Assembly: GCA_964512695.1 (NCBI GenBank) | Contig: CAZEJU010000001.1 | Location: 71,803 to 135,802, forward strand | Source: an uncultured Gammaproteobacteria bacterium | Lineage (GTDB): Bacteria > Patescibacteriota > Microgenomatia > Levybacterales > UBA12049 | Length of the DNA stretch: 64,000 nucleotides | Direction: 5' to 3' | Shown here: positions 19,320-30,107 of the stretch, piece after piece | How the letters are laid out: every line of letters starts with the position of its first letter | How positions within the stretch are numbered: the first letter of the stretch is position 1 | Program-made: the position numbers and the translations under genes | Notes under the pieces: generated by a model | Database searches by the model: none | What the model was told of the DNA's origin: nothing | Seen by the model: only the letters and a program-made list of their open reading frames with translations

Positions 19320-19907
19320 ATGAAAATACATATCATTCTCGGAAGTACAAGAGAAAAGAGAAATGGAGAAATTGTAGCGAAATGGGTTTTTAATCGACTA
19401 CAAGAACATACCGAAGTGCAAAGTGAACTTCTTGATTTACGCAACTACCCGTTGCCATTTTATGACGAACCAAAAACGCCAAAATCACTCGGTGAAAATG
19501 ATTATAAAAACCATATAGCAAGAGATTGGGTTAAGAAAATAGGGGAGGCAGATGGATATATTATCATCACACCAGAATATAATCATGGTTATCCAGCAGT
19601 TCTGAAAAACGCCTTAGATTATCCGTATAAACAATGGAATAATAAACCTGTCGCATTTATTAGCTATGGATTTTCCGCAAATGGTATTCGTTCTGTAGAA
19701 CAGCTTCGATTGGTAACGATCGAACTTCAAATGACACCCATCCAAGAAAGTATCATGCTTCCTGTTTCAGAATTTAAATCACTTTTTAGTGAAACAGGAG
19801 AGATGTTAGATGAGAAAAAAAATGAAAAACTTAAAACCCTGTTTACTCAACTTTTCTGGTGGACAAAAGCATTACTAGCTGCAAGACAAACTGAAGTAAA
19901 TACGTAA
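19320..19907 (+). CDS. NAD(P)H-dependent FMN reductase (flavodoxin-like fold)
   Basis: MKIHIILGSTREKRNGE N-terminus. Typical divergent partner of HxlR regulators. Confidence 0.7.
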   Translation: MKIHIILGSTREKRNGEIVAKWVFNRLQEHTEVQSELLDLRNYPLPFYDEPKTPKSLGENDYKNHIARDWVKKIGEADGYIIITPEYNHGYPAVLKNALDYPYKQWNNKPVAFISYGFSANGIRSVEQLRLVTIELQMTPIQESIMLPVSEFKSLFSETGEMLDEKKNEKLKTLFTQLFWWTKALLAARQTEVNT

Positions 19908-20081
19908 TGTAATGAATTACTACTTACAAATAGTAATCATCCCACCAGGCTACTATCACAAATTTTTTCCCGAACACTCCTTTTACGAGAAAATAGGCTT
20001 CTAGCTATTACTTTTTTATTACATAGCATCTTACAAAAGTGTGAGATAGTAAAACGAATTATAATCATCTCCAGAAAGGGG

Positions 20082-20420
20082 GTGATATATATGGCGAAAT
20101 ATCCTGTTTTCATCGGACTGTTATTACTTATAATATTCTTCGGATTTCTTATTTTTCCTTCCCACGATACTGATGCAAAAGTACAAGCAAACGAAGTAAC
20201 CAATACAAGTAAGATGCAGAAAGAAACAATGAATAGTACTTTTTACAATTTTTATTGGCTTTCACTTCTATCTATATTGGCTTTACCTTTCATACTACGT
20301 TTACTTAACCTAAAAGAGGATACAGATATCGACGAAGATGACTTACATGACTATTCAGAAAGTGTCGGTATGAAAGGCGGTTTTAGCAAAAGTGCATCTG
20401 AAGAAGATGAAGATTTATAG
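20082..20420 (+). CDS. Hypothetical small membrane protein with acidic C-terminus
   Basis: Two hydrophobic helices. C-terminal EDTDIDEDD...SEEDEDL. Confidence 0.3.
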   Translation: MIYMAKYPVFIGLLLLIIFFGFLIFPSHDTDAKVQANEVTNTSKMQKETMNSTFYNFYWLSLLSILALPFILRLLNLKEDTDIDEDDLHDYSESVGMKGGFSKSASEEDEDL

Positions 20421-20472
20421 GTACAACATACTAATAAGTTATACGAACAACGTACAGTTTTTTATTGTCTCA

Positions 20473-21843
20473 TTACTCAACAACACTACAAGCAATTTTT
20501 ATTCCTTCCGAGAACGTAGGATATGCATGAAGCATTTCTGCAAGCACCTTCGCTTTAACACGTAGTTTGATTGCTAACGCAATCTCATGGATCATTTCTC
20601 CAGCACTGGGTGCTACAATAGACCCCCCGATAATTACACCATTTTTATCAGTGATGATCTTAACGAACCCATCAAGTTCATTAGAAGTATTTGCTCTTCC
20701 CAAAATTGCTATTGCTATAATCCCTTTTTTAATTGGTATCCCTTTTGTTTTAGCATCTTCTTCACTCATTCCTACTGATGCAACTTCTGGCTCTATAAAC
20801 ACAGCACGTGGAACTACTTTATAATCTGGAACTATTTTTTCATTTGAAAAAGCGTTGCGGGCAGCTATATAACTTTGATAATAACCAACATGGGTAAAAA
20901 GAAATGGTCCTATAATATCGCCTGCTGCATATATGTGGGGTAGAGAGGTCTGTAAATATTTATTTACCTTGAGACGGTGATGTTCAATCTTAAGTCCCGC
21001 TCTCTCAGGATCAAAATCAAGTACTGGGACTTTTCCTGTCGCTATAAGTATTTCATCAAATTCATGTTTATATACTCCATCTTTTCTTCTAAACCAAACT
21101 TCTTTTTTTTGTCCTCTTTTTTCAATCTTTTCAATAGATGTATTTACCATTACAGATATTCCTTGATTTTCGAATAACGCTTGAACTAAACTGCTTACTT
21201 CTATGTCTTCTTTTGATAATATTCTTTCTGAACGATTTACCAAAACAACCTTACTACCAAAAGATGAAAAAATTTGTGCGAATTCGCATCCAACCGCCCC
21301 TCCGCCAAAAATAAGAATTGAAGATGGAAGTTTGGAGAAATCTACTGCTTGTTTAAACGTTATATATCCTGCCTCTTCTAAGCCTGATATTGGTGGAATA
21401 AAAACTTTCGAACCAGTAGCTATGAGAAATTTTCGCGCAGAATATACTTTTCCACCTGCTTCTATTTGATGAGGAGAAATAAAATGAGCCTTTGCGTGAT
21501 ATACGTGAATTCCATCTTTTTGAAAGGAATGCTTACCATGTGCCGCTCCGGTACGAGACACAACTAGATCTTTCCACTCTTTAATTTTTTGGTAATGCAA
21601 ACTTACACCTGTCGTTTTTATGCCAAAATATTCTAGGTTTTTTGCATGAGAATACATTTTTGCGCTATGCAGTAATGCTTTCGTTGGAACACACGCAAAA
21701 TTCGGACATTCTCCACCTATTGCATCTAACTCGAATAAAGCGACTTTTTTTCCTTTTGAAGCAGCAAAATGAGCCCCAACACTACCTCCAGCACCACTAC
21801 CAATCACGATTAAATCATAGTCATAATGTTTCTTTTTCAACAT
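20473..21843 (-). CDS. Class I pyridine nucleotide-disulfide oxidoreductase (dihydrolipoamide dehydrogenase / glutathione reductase family)
   Basis: FAD GxGxxG (VIGSGAGGSVGA). Redox-active GGECPNFACVPTK disulfide. C-terminal HAYPTFSEG dimerisation motif. Confidence 0.75.
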   Translation of the reverse strand: MLKKKHYDYDLIVIGSGAGGSVGAHFAASKGKKVALFELDAIGGECPNFACVPTKALLHSAKMYSHAKNLEYFGIKTTGVSLHYQKIKEWKDLVVSRTGAAHGKHSFQKDGIHVYHAKAHFISPHQIEAGGKVYSARKFLIATGSKVFIPPISGLEEAGYITFKQAVDFSKLPSSILIFGGGAVGCEFAQIFSSFGSKVVLVNRSERILSKEDIEVSSLVQALFENQGISVMVNTSIEKIEKRGQKKEVWFRRKDGVYKHEFDEILIATGKVPVLDFDPERAGLKIEHHRLKVNKYLQTSLPHIYAAGDIIGPFLFTHVGYYQSYIAARNAFSNEKIVPDYKVVPRAVFIEPEVASVGMSEEDAKTKGIPIKKGIIAIAILGRANTSNELDGFVKIITDKNGVIIGGSIVAPSAGEMIHEIALAIKLRVKAKVLAEMLHAYPTFSEGIKIACSVVE

Positions 21844-21902
21844 AATACATAAATATTCACTAAAAATAATAACTGATTAATGCGGACTTAACTCCGACTA
21901 CC

Positions 21903-22181
21903 TCAGTAAATATCTTTGTGATTTCTATACATGTATGTAGCATCTGGATGGTATTTCTCTAATTCCGTTGCCGCGATTTCACGTAGTTGCTTCGTAGTAA
22001 TTTCTTTTTTATCCGCAAGTTTTTTTTCTATCTCGCTACTAACCATATTCGCAAGTAACTCTGCTTCCTCATGATGCATTCTAAGGGTCATACATGCAGC
22101 ATATATACTGCCATAAAGCTTACGAATATCAAAATATTCTTTATGTCCTTTGCGTTTAATAATGTGTTGTTTGTCGTACAT
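21903..22181 (-). CDS. Stand-alone ATP-cone domain protein
   Basis: HIIKRKGHKEYFDIRKL...EEAELLANMV matches the ATP-cone pattern of NrdR/RNR N-termini. 92 aa only. Confidence 0.6.
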   Translation of the reverse strand: MYDKQHIIKRKGHKEYFDIRKLYGSIYAACMTLRMHHEEAELLANMVSSEIEKKLADKKEITTKQLREIAATELEKYHPDATYMYRNHKDIY

Positions 22182-22336
22182 ACTATACTACTGGTTATAG
22201 AAGTTCCAGAAGCTTAGATATTAAAAATCAAATAACAAAGAGTAAAAATACATAGAAACATTTAAAATTTTATATGTATATTTAATTTTTTATTTTTAAT
22301 ATTTTATACTTGGATCTTCCGATGTATATAAGGACA

Positions 22337-23041
22337 CTAACCGAAATTAATTGTACCATTTGCAATCAATATCAAAAGCCATCCGAGGAAGATTAACATT
22401 AAACCTATAGAGAACCGCATATAACCCTTATTTGCTTGCTTCCACTTCTTTACTTTATTTACTTTCATACCCGCTGCTACCAATAATAAAATAATAATTA
22501 GGGGAAGGACAAAGACAATGTTATACAAAATAAGAAGTATAAAAGCATTTACATCGAAATTTAATGAAAGCATAGTAATTATTGCTAAATAGGGTGCCCC
22601 AGTACAAGGAAGCTCAACCGCAGCAATAAAGCAACCTAAAAATATAACTCCAGGTACAGTAACATTTTTTGAATATGTATGAATCTTTTCAGCAAAATAG
22701 GGTGGTATTTGTAAAGAAAATCCTTTTCCGTACCAGAAAAAGTCCTTAATTTCCAGCAAACCAGCAGCGATAACAAAACCACCGACAATAATTGAAAGAT
22801 ACTCAGCCACATAAAGTGGAACTGTCGATAAAAAATATACTAAGCCTAAACCCGCTAGAAGATACGTTAAGAAAATAGCTCCAATATATAATCCGCCAAG
22901 TAGAAGTAATCTTCTTGTAGAATTCTTTCCTCCAAGTACGACAGAAATCATTAAAATAAGAACACCTATGGCACAAGGATTAATAGAATCAATTGCGGCT
23001 GAACCTATAACTACTGATAATGTCGGTAAATGCAAATCCAT
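22337..23041 (-). CDS. CcdA/DsbD-like thiol-disulfide transporter membrane protein
   Basis: Conserved Cys in TM1 (SINPCAIGV) and TM4 (ELPCTGAPYL), as in the DsbD transmembrane family. Confidence 0.5.
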   Translation of the reverse strand: MDLHLPTLSVVIGSAAIDSINPCAIGVLILMISVVLGGKNSTRRLLLLGGLYIGAIFLTYLLAGLGLVYFLSTVPLYVAEYLSIIVGGFVIAAGLLEIKDFFWYGKGFSLQIPPYFAEKIHTYSKNVTVPGVIFLGCFIAAVELPCTGAPYLAIITMLSLNFDVNAFILLILYNIVFVLPLIIILLLVAAGMKVNKVKKWKQANKGYMRFSIGLMLIFLGWLLILIANGTINFG

Positions 23042-23087
23042 ATACTTTCGTCCGTCAGCTGACTGACCGATATTCGTGTTTCGATTT

Positions 23088-23822
23088 TTATTTTATAGGA
23101 AACACTTCTTCTTCTAATTTTCCGATTTGTTTTGCTACTTTATAACTTCTACATAGTCTTTCAGTACGTAATTTTCGTTCACCAAACTCGACTATAACGC
23201 AGTCACCTGTAGGGACATTTCCGTAAGGTGAAATAATATAATTTTCTGGATTTGTTACTTTTTCCTGGTAATAATTATTATTTTTTGTAGTTCTAAAAAC
23301 AAATACTTGAACTTCTCCTAAACCACCATTTTCACATGCATCACCTGTTCTATATGTCAATAAACCTTTTTCTGTAGGAAGACTCAAGCTGTCACCAGTT
23401 ATATGTCCGCCTACTACATCAAAGAACTTACCCAAACTCGCGTCTGGAGGTGTAATAACAACACCTTCTAAATGGATACGTTTATCATTATGTTCATGCA
23501 AAGTGTTCGTTCCGATTTTATTCGATAAGCCTTTAGGATCTACCAATTCGATCTCTCTACCACATGCCCACACCTCAAAATCAGCATGCCAATGAACCGG
23601 ACCTTTACTTGATGAGATAGTATTTACGTAGAAAGTCGAAATAGCAAAATAAAGAGTGGGCAGTATAGAAGTCAAAACAATAGCGCCAAAGAGAAGTTTT
23701 TTTACTAATTCACCCGGTTTTTTAAGCGTTAATGAAATTCCTGTAAACACAAAAAGAAGAACTGAAGCAATACCTACAGTATATAATGACGTTCTCGCAA
23801 TGACTTCCTCTATGTTTTCCAT
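23088..23822 (-). CDS. Hypothetical N-terminally anchored extracytoplasmic protein with paired cysteines
   Basis: N-terminal TM helices followed by a soluble domain with Cys in WACGRE, GDACENGG, GDCVIV and RLCRS. Confidence 0.3.
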   Translation of the reverse strand: MENIEEVIARTSLYTVGIASVLLFVFTGISLTLKKPGELVKKLLFGAIVLTSILPTLYFAISTFYVNTISSSKGPVHWHADFEVWACGREIELVDPKGLSNKIGTNTLHEHNDKRIHLEGVVITPPDASLGKFFDVVGGHITGDSLSLPTEKGLLTYRTGDACENGGLGEVQVFVFRTTKNNNYYQEKVTNPENYIISPYGNVPTGDCVIVEFGERKLRTERLCRSYKVAKQIGKLEEEVFPIK

Positions 23823-23890
23823 GGGCAGAAACTAATATAATACTACCATATACTACTTTTAAAGTAATATACAAGAAGTAAGAACGAAAA

Positions 23891-23966
23891 AGTTAAAAGT
23901 CAAAGGCAATAAGTTTCTATTGTACTTTTAACTTTCAACTTTTGACTTTTGACTTTTAACTTTTAT
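23891..23966. repeat. Intergenic hairpin element, ttttgac heptamer family
   Basis: agttaaaagtcaaagg...tacttttaactttcaacttttgacttttgacttttaacttttatt. Same family as 1209-1288. Confidence 0.6.
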
Positions 23967-26621
23967 TTATATCTCTATTTGTTTTTTAAACAGCTTAAAA
24001 GGAATCCAAAGTAAAATACTAACAACAAAGATATAAAGCCAATCTATAGAATCAATACGATGTACTTCGAACAGTCTCGCTAAAAACGGAACGTAAACAA
24101 TCATAACTTGGAGTATGATTGTTAGGATAATAGCCATGAATAACCACTTATTCGACAAGAAAGGTGTGTTATAACTCGAACGTATAATAAAAAGATAGAC
24201 AAGCTCAAAGAACGCTATTGCGATAAACGTTGCACCTTTAGCTTCGATTTCACTTTCCCGGTTTATATTAAAAACATACAAACCTATAAGCGCAACTGTA
24301 AGCATACAACCGAAAATCACCATTTCTACCCACATCTTTCTCGTAATAATAGCGGTATGGAATTTTTTAGGTGAAAAATTCATAATATCTTTTTCTGCCT
24401 TATCCATTCCCAATGCAACTGCAGGTAATCCATCTGTAACGACATTTATCCAGAGCAACATGGTAGCAGTAAGTAATAAATCCTTGAAAAGGATAATACC
24501 CGCAAAAATTAAAATTACTTCTCCTATATTACATGAAAGTAAATATTGAACGAATTTTCTGATATTTTGGAATATTCCTCGTCCTTCTTCAATAGCAGCA
24601 ACAATTGTAGAAAATTTATCATCAAGTAATACGATTTCCGAAGCTTCTTTCGCAACATCAGTTCCTGTAATTCCCATTGCGATTCCTACATCAGCTTTTT
24701 TCAATGCTGGAGCATCATTTACACCATCACCAGTCATAGCGACTATGTGTCCGTTTTTCTTTAACGCTGTGACGATCTTCATCTTAGATGCTGGATTAAT
24801 ACGCGCATAGACACTAATTCTTTCAACTGCTTTCGTAAATTCTTTTTCACTCATAGCTTCTAGTGCTTGACCCGTAATAGATTCTCCTTCTATACCTATC
24901 TCTCGTGCAATAGCTTTTGCGGTAGCTTCATGATCACCAGTAATCATCAGCGTCCGTATGCCAGATCGCTTACACTGTTCAATTAAAGGCTTTACTTCAA
25001 CTCTTGCAGGATCAATCATTCCTTGGACACCTAAAAATTCAAGCTCTTTTTCAAATATCCCAGGTTTTTCTTTTAATTTTTCAAAATCTTTTATCGAAAG
25101 TGGACGGCAGGCAAATGCCAAAGTACGCAGAGCCCGAGAATTCATATCATCAACAATTTTTTGAATTTGCTGCCGTTCTTCTTTGCCTTCTGTGGTTCTT
25201 TCAAGAATGACTTCCGGGGCACCTTTCGTATATAACATGTAGTTTTTACCTACTTTTACAACAACTGACATCATTTTCCGTTCACTACTAAAAGGAATTT
25301 CAAATACTCTTTCAAACTTTTCGTCAAAACCCGCTTTTTTCGCGCTGACTAAAAGAGCAATTTCAGTGGGATCTCCTAAAAAACTATTTTTTTGATCTGT
25401 GGCATTATTACAAACATACCCAGCTTCGAAAAGAGAACGGAGTGGGGAAGGGTCGACTTTTTTATTATCTAAAAGTAACATTCCCTGTTTTTCATATCCT
25501 GTCCCAGTTAGGGTATACAGTTTTTTCGCTGCATATAATTCCCGGACAGTCATTTCATTCTTCGTTAACGTTCCAGTTTTATCTGAACAAATGACATCGA
25601 CTGACCCCAGGGTTTCAACAGCATTGAGCTTTCTAACTAATGCATTCTTTTTTACCATGCGTTGTGTACCCACAGCTAAACTAATTGTTACTACAGCAGG
25701 CAAACCTTCAGGGATTGCGGCAACTGCGAGTGCTACTGCTGCTATAAATGAATGAAGAACTTTCTGAAGTAACGGTTGTGATGAATATTCGTTTGCAAAA
25801 AACGCAATAAAGAAAAATACTACTATACAAATTCCTAAAACGATATAACCAATAGCTTTCCCTATAGCATCTAAACGTTTTTGAATAGGTGTTTGATCTG
25901 TTCTTTCTCCGGCTACTAGCTGTGCAATCGCACCGATCTCTGTGGCGTCACCAGTTTTTACAACAACACCTAATCCTCGTCCGGATGTGACCGCAGTACC
26001 TGCAAAAACCATGTTCGTCTGATCTGCTATTTGCAACTTTTCATTCAGTATTTCATCACTTTTTTCTACTGTGGTTGATTCTCCCGTAAGGGAGGCTTCA
26101 TTTAGATAGAGGCTTGAGGATTGCAACACCCGAATATCGGCAGGAACTTTAAGACCTTCTTCAAGAAAAATAATATCTCCTGGAACGATCTCAGTGACAT
26201 CAATTTCTTTTTCTTCATTATCTCTTCGAACTTTTGCTTTAAAAGCAAGAAGCTTTTTTAATGATTCTAGTGCTTTTTCAGCTTTATATTCCTGGATGAA
26301 TCCAAGAAATGTAATCATTAAAACAATAGCCAGGATAAGTCCAGCTTCGATGAGATCTGATTGTTCACGTTCCCCAAAAAAATAGACAAAGAGTACAAGA
26401 ACAACTGCTACTAATAATATAATAGTTAAGGCATTTTTAAACTGGCTTAAAAAAATTGAAAGGGCTGAAATCTTTTTCTTCGGAGTAAGTCTATTTAAAC
26501 CATATTCTTCTATGCGCTTTTTAACATCAGATTCAGATAAACCTGCTATAGATGTACCTAATAAAGCTAGAACTTTTTCTTTTGGCAGAGAATGGGGGGA
26601 AGTAATACTATTCGTTGGCAT
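23967..26621 (-). CDS. P-type cation-transporting ATPase, P2 (Ca2+-type)
   Basis: DKTGTLT phosphorylation motif. MITGDHEATAKAIA TGD motif. GDGVNDAPALKKADVGIAMG hinge motif. Ten TM helices. Start trimmed to MPTNSI. Confidence 0.85.
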   Translation of the reverse strand: MPTNSITSPHSLPKEKVLALLGTSIAGLSESDVKKRIEEYGLNRLTPKKKISALSIFLSQFKNALTIILLVAVVLVLFVYFFGEREQSDLIEAGLILAIVLMITFLGFIQEYKAEKALESLKKLLAFKAKVRRDNEEKEIDVTEIVPGDIIFLEEGLKVPADIRVLQSSSLYLNEASLTGESTTVEKSDEILNEKLQIADQTNMVFAGTAVTSGRGLGVVVKTGDATEIGAIAQLVAGERTDQTPIQKRLDAIGKAIGYIVLGICIVVFFFIAFFANEYSSQPLLQKVLHSFIAAVALAVAAIPEGLPAVVTISLAVGTQRMVKKNALVRKLNAVETLGSVDVICSDKTGTLTKNEMTVRELYAAKKLYTLTGTGYEKQGMLLLDNKKVDPSPLRSLFEAGYVCNNATDQKNSFLGDPTEIALLVSAKKAGFDEKFERVFEIPFSSERKMMSVVVKVGKNYMLYTKGAPEVILERTTEGKEERQQIQKIVDDMNSRALRTLAFACRPLSIKDFEKLKEKPGIFEKELEFLGVQGMIDPARVEVKPLIEQCKRSGIRTLMITGDHEATAKAIAREIGIEGESITGQALEAMSEKEFTKAVERISVYARINPASKMKIVTALKKNGHIVAMTGDGVNDAPALKKADVGIAMGITGTDVAKEASEIVLLDDKFSTIVAAIEEGRGIFQNIRKFVQYLLSCNIGEVILIFAGIILFKDLLLTATMLLWINVVTDGLPAVALGMDKAEKDIMNFSPKKFHTAIITRKMWVEMVIFGCMLTVALIGLYVFNINRESEIEAKGATFIAIAFFELVYLFIIRSSYNTPFLSNKWLFMAIILTIILQVMIVYVPFLARLFEVHRIDSIDWLYIFVVSILLWIPFKLFKKQIEI

Positions 26622-26950
26622 ACGTAATATGGCTATCCTGTTGCGATCTCTAAAATATACAATACTCCACGACCCATTGACAAGCATTAAAATCTTTGCT
26701 TAAGTATAGTTAATTATGGGCATTTTTGGATTAATATCAGGGAAAAAAACAGATAAAAAAGATAAGAAAAGTCAAAAAAAAGTTTCATCCAAAATGATGA
26801 AAGCTAAATCAGTAAAAAAGAAAGCTAAAACCTGCGAATTCTGCTAGATATTATTTTTCTTCTTCGGTTGCATGACGTGCGTCGGAAGTCAACTATATCT
26901 AAGTTTCACTACACATTATATTCGGACAAAGACCTTCTGACAGATAACGC

Positions 26951-27178
26951 TTATTTTTTATGTTTATGATGTACATGATGTGTTGCTTTTTTCCGGCGGC
27001 GGTGAAGATAGATATATTCTAAAAACAAAGCTCCAACTATAAGAAAAAATAATAAAAATAAAGTACTATCTCCGGAACACGAAATTCGATCCAGCATATG
27101 TTGTGCTTTCGCCATGCATTGTTCTTCATACAGTAACTCATATCCTGGTGAAGTTGGTGGTAAATTCTTATAATTCAT
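26951..27178 (-). CDS. Hypothetical small membrane protein with His/Lys-rich tail
   Basis: One hydrophobic helix, then RRRKKATHHVHHKHKK. Confidence 0.25.
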   Translation of the reverse strand: MNYKNLPPTSPGYELLYEEQCMAKAQHMLDRISCSGDSTLFLLFFLIVGALFLEYIYLHRRRKKATHHVHHKHKK

Positions 27179-27187
27179 AGTTTAATA

Positions 27188-27745
27188 CTAACGAAAAACA
27201 ATAACTGAAGCAATAAAGAAATAAATGAGTAAGCTGAGTAAATCCTGGATAACAGTCGCAAACGGACCAGCTCCAACTGCAGGATCTTTATGTTCTTTCC
27301 AGAGAAGGGTAGGGACGAGAAGACCGATAATAGGAGCAATTGCCATCGTTACATACATAGAGAGGCCTACTGCAAAAGTAGTATCAACTGATTTAAACCA
27401 TAGGTAAGCAAAAATTCCAGTACAAATTCCAAAAAATAAACCAAGTAAGTTGCCGAGAACAAACTCCTTAATAAGATAAATTGAGATATGTGTCCGTTTT
27501 CGGGTTAAATTTCTGATATATACGGATTGTGTCTGATGCCCCATGGCATCAGCCATATACACAATGACAGGAATGAAAAACGCAAGGTATAAATTTTTTT
27601 CAAGAACTTTTTCGAAAGAGGAGGCAAGGATAGTCGCGCCAATACCCCCAAGCAAACCGATAGCCAACCAAGGAACGCGATGTTCGATCATAAGACTCAT
27701 CGGTTCTTTCGCATCATCCTCAAGCAATATTTTTTCCCCAGCCAT
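27188..27745 (-). CDS. MgtE-family divalent cation transporter, transmembrane domain only
   Basis: Matches the MgtE C-terminal channel domain (PWLAIGLLGG...DPAVGAGPFATVIQDLLSLLIYF). No N-terminal or CBS regulatory domains. Confidence 0.6.
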   Translation of the reverse strand: MAGEKILLEDDAKEPMSLMIEHRVPWLAIGLLGGIGATILASSFEKVLEKNLYLAFFIPVIVYMADAMGHQTQSVYIRNLTRKRTHISIYLIKEFVLGNLLGLFFGICTGIFAYLWFKSVDTTFAVGLSMYVTMAIAPIIGLLVPTLLWKEHKDPAVGAGPFATVIQDLLSLLIYFFIASVIVFR

Positions 27746-28052
27746 ACCTAAACTCTACCACATTATTAAAATTATAAACAAGTATTTACTTTAACTAACC
27801 CCTAATATGATTTCTAAAAGTATCCATCCTGGCATAAAACTTAATACTCCCTTTGAAGTTATTCGGCTCTCACAAATGTCCAGAGAGATTACTATCTTAT
27901 TTACAAAAAATATTTTCAGTGATATACTAGCTTGTAATCATCGAAGATTCATTCCTGGATTAATATCGTGATTCTGCTTCGAATCAAATGTATTTCTTCC
28001 TAGCCTTCAATTGATTACTCTTTAATCAAATTTTGTTTTATATTTTAATCTT

Positions 28053-30001
28053 TTGTTTATGAGCGCTGGCAACAGAAATAGCGAAATAAGTAATAATAAA
28101 AATCATAAAAAAATGACACTTCTTGCCTTAGGTGCTCTTGGCGTAGTATATGGAGACATAGGGACATCTCCACTATATGCTATAAATGAAATTTTCTTCG
28201 GACATGCAAAGCTTTCTCATACATATAACAATATTATAGGAGGGATCAGTACTGTATTTTGGGCACTAACACTTATTGTATCTTTTAAGTATGTACTGTT
28301 TGTACTTCGTGCCGATAACGAAGGAGAGGGAGGAGTCTTTGCGTTATATGGATTGATAAGACATTTAAAAAAAAGTCTGTCGGATTATTACTTGCACTGC
28401 TTATAATCGCAGCTGGACTGTTATTCGGTGATGGCATTATTACTCCAGCGATCAGTGTTGTCTCAGCTATCGAAGGCTTAAAAATTGCTACGCCATTATT
28501 GTCTCCTTATGTAGTTCCAATAACAATACTCATCCTTACAGGGCTTTTTATGATTCAAAGTAAAGGTACAGCAAAAATTGGAAATCTCTTTGGACCCATA
28601 GTCAGCATTTGGTTTCTTTCCATAAGTTTATTGGGCATTAATCAGATTTTTCAACATCCGCAAATACTTCAGGCATTCAATCCATTAAATATGCTAACTT
28701 TTATACAAACACATGAATTACACACCATACTATTTTTTTTAGGATCTGTGATGCTTGTAGTAACTGGTGGAGAAGCAATGTATGCTGATATGGGACATTT
28801 TGGTCGAACCCCTATCCGAATAAGTTGGTTTTCTATTGTATATCCTTCACTTGTTTTAAATTACCTTGGTCAAGGAGCATATTTATTAAGTCATAAAGAA
28901 ATTATAGGTGAAAATATCTTTTATAGTATGGTTCCTAGTTGGGGACTTTATCCTATGGTAATACTTGCTACAATGGCAACAATTATTGCATCTCAAGCAC
29001 TAATATCAGGCGCGTTTTCTTTAACCATTCAAGCCATTCAGCTGGGCTTATTACCATATATGAAGGTAATACATACACACGAAGAGCAAAAAGGCCAAAT
29101 TTATATTCCATTTGTAAACTGGGCATTATATATCGGTTGTGTTCTACTTGTAGTTACATTCAAATCAAGCACAAATCTCGCCTCTGCATATGGTTTAGCA
29201 GTGTCAGGAGTAATGCTTGTTACCTCTCTGGGAATGATAATGATTTCTCATTACTATTGGAAGTGGAGCTGGTTTAAGACATTAGCCTTATGGATACCAT
29301 TGGCATGTATTGATGGAATATTCTTAACTTCTAATTCAATAAAAATTTTTTCTGGAGGATATATACCGTTAATTATCGGATTTGGTGTTCTAATATTTAT
29401 GCAAACGTGGGAATGGGGCAGAAAACATGTTACCGATACGTTCGAAAAACTAAAAAATTACAAAGTTGCGGACTTAGTACGTATTAAAAAAGAAAATGAT
29501 TCCGTTTTACCTAGATCTATAGTGCTTATGACAAAACAACCCTTAGAAAGGTTGGAGGATAGTAGCCCATATATGCAACTTTTCTTAGATAGATATGGAA
29601 TTCTACCCGAACATTTATTGTTCCTTTACGTTGAAGTTACAGATCAACCGCATAACTACCAAGATAGATATGAGATTATTTCATTTTATCAACATATCGA
29701 TAAAGGAAGTATATTATCCGTTAAAGCAAAGTACGGATTTATGGAAGATATTGATGTTGAGTTATTACTTAGAGATCTTGCAAAACATAAAGCAATTCCT
29801 ATAGAAGAAGATCCGCGAGAGTGGCTTATTCATGCTGTACATGAAAGAATACTACGTGGCGAATTTAAATCAATAGTTGATAAAATGCGATATATACTAT
29901 TTATTATGATACATAGAGTCACTACTCACGCTGATACATACTTCAACCTCGGTAGAAGAAATAAACTTACAATTGAGATACTTCCAGTATATATCCACTA
30001 G
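28053..30001 (+). pseudogene. kup: KUP-family K+ uptake transporter interrupted by a frameshift in an A8 homopolymer
   Basis: N-terminal piece [18 protein letters not shown] (frame 0) ends shortly after the A-run at 28367-28374. The downstream 500-aa ORF (frame 2) continues the Kup sequence (LLFGDGIITPAISVVSAIEGL...). An A9 run would restore one frame. Confidence 0.7.
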
Positions 30002-30107
30002 ATTTTTTTCAAGGGAAAAAAGTTATTTAACACGTTAAGTAAAGTACTACAATGTTATTACTCCACCTAAGTCTCTCAATCTAACAAAAGGTAAAATTTG
30101 TAAATGG

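Noticed and set aside
27790-28050. c-di-AMP (ydaO) or M-box riboswitch upstream of kup / mgtE-like genes
   Set aside because: The leaders are AT-rich with none of the GC-rich conserved helices of those riboswitch classes.
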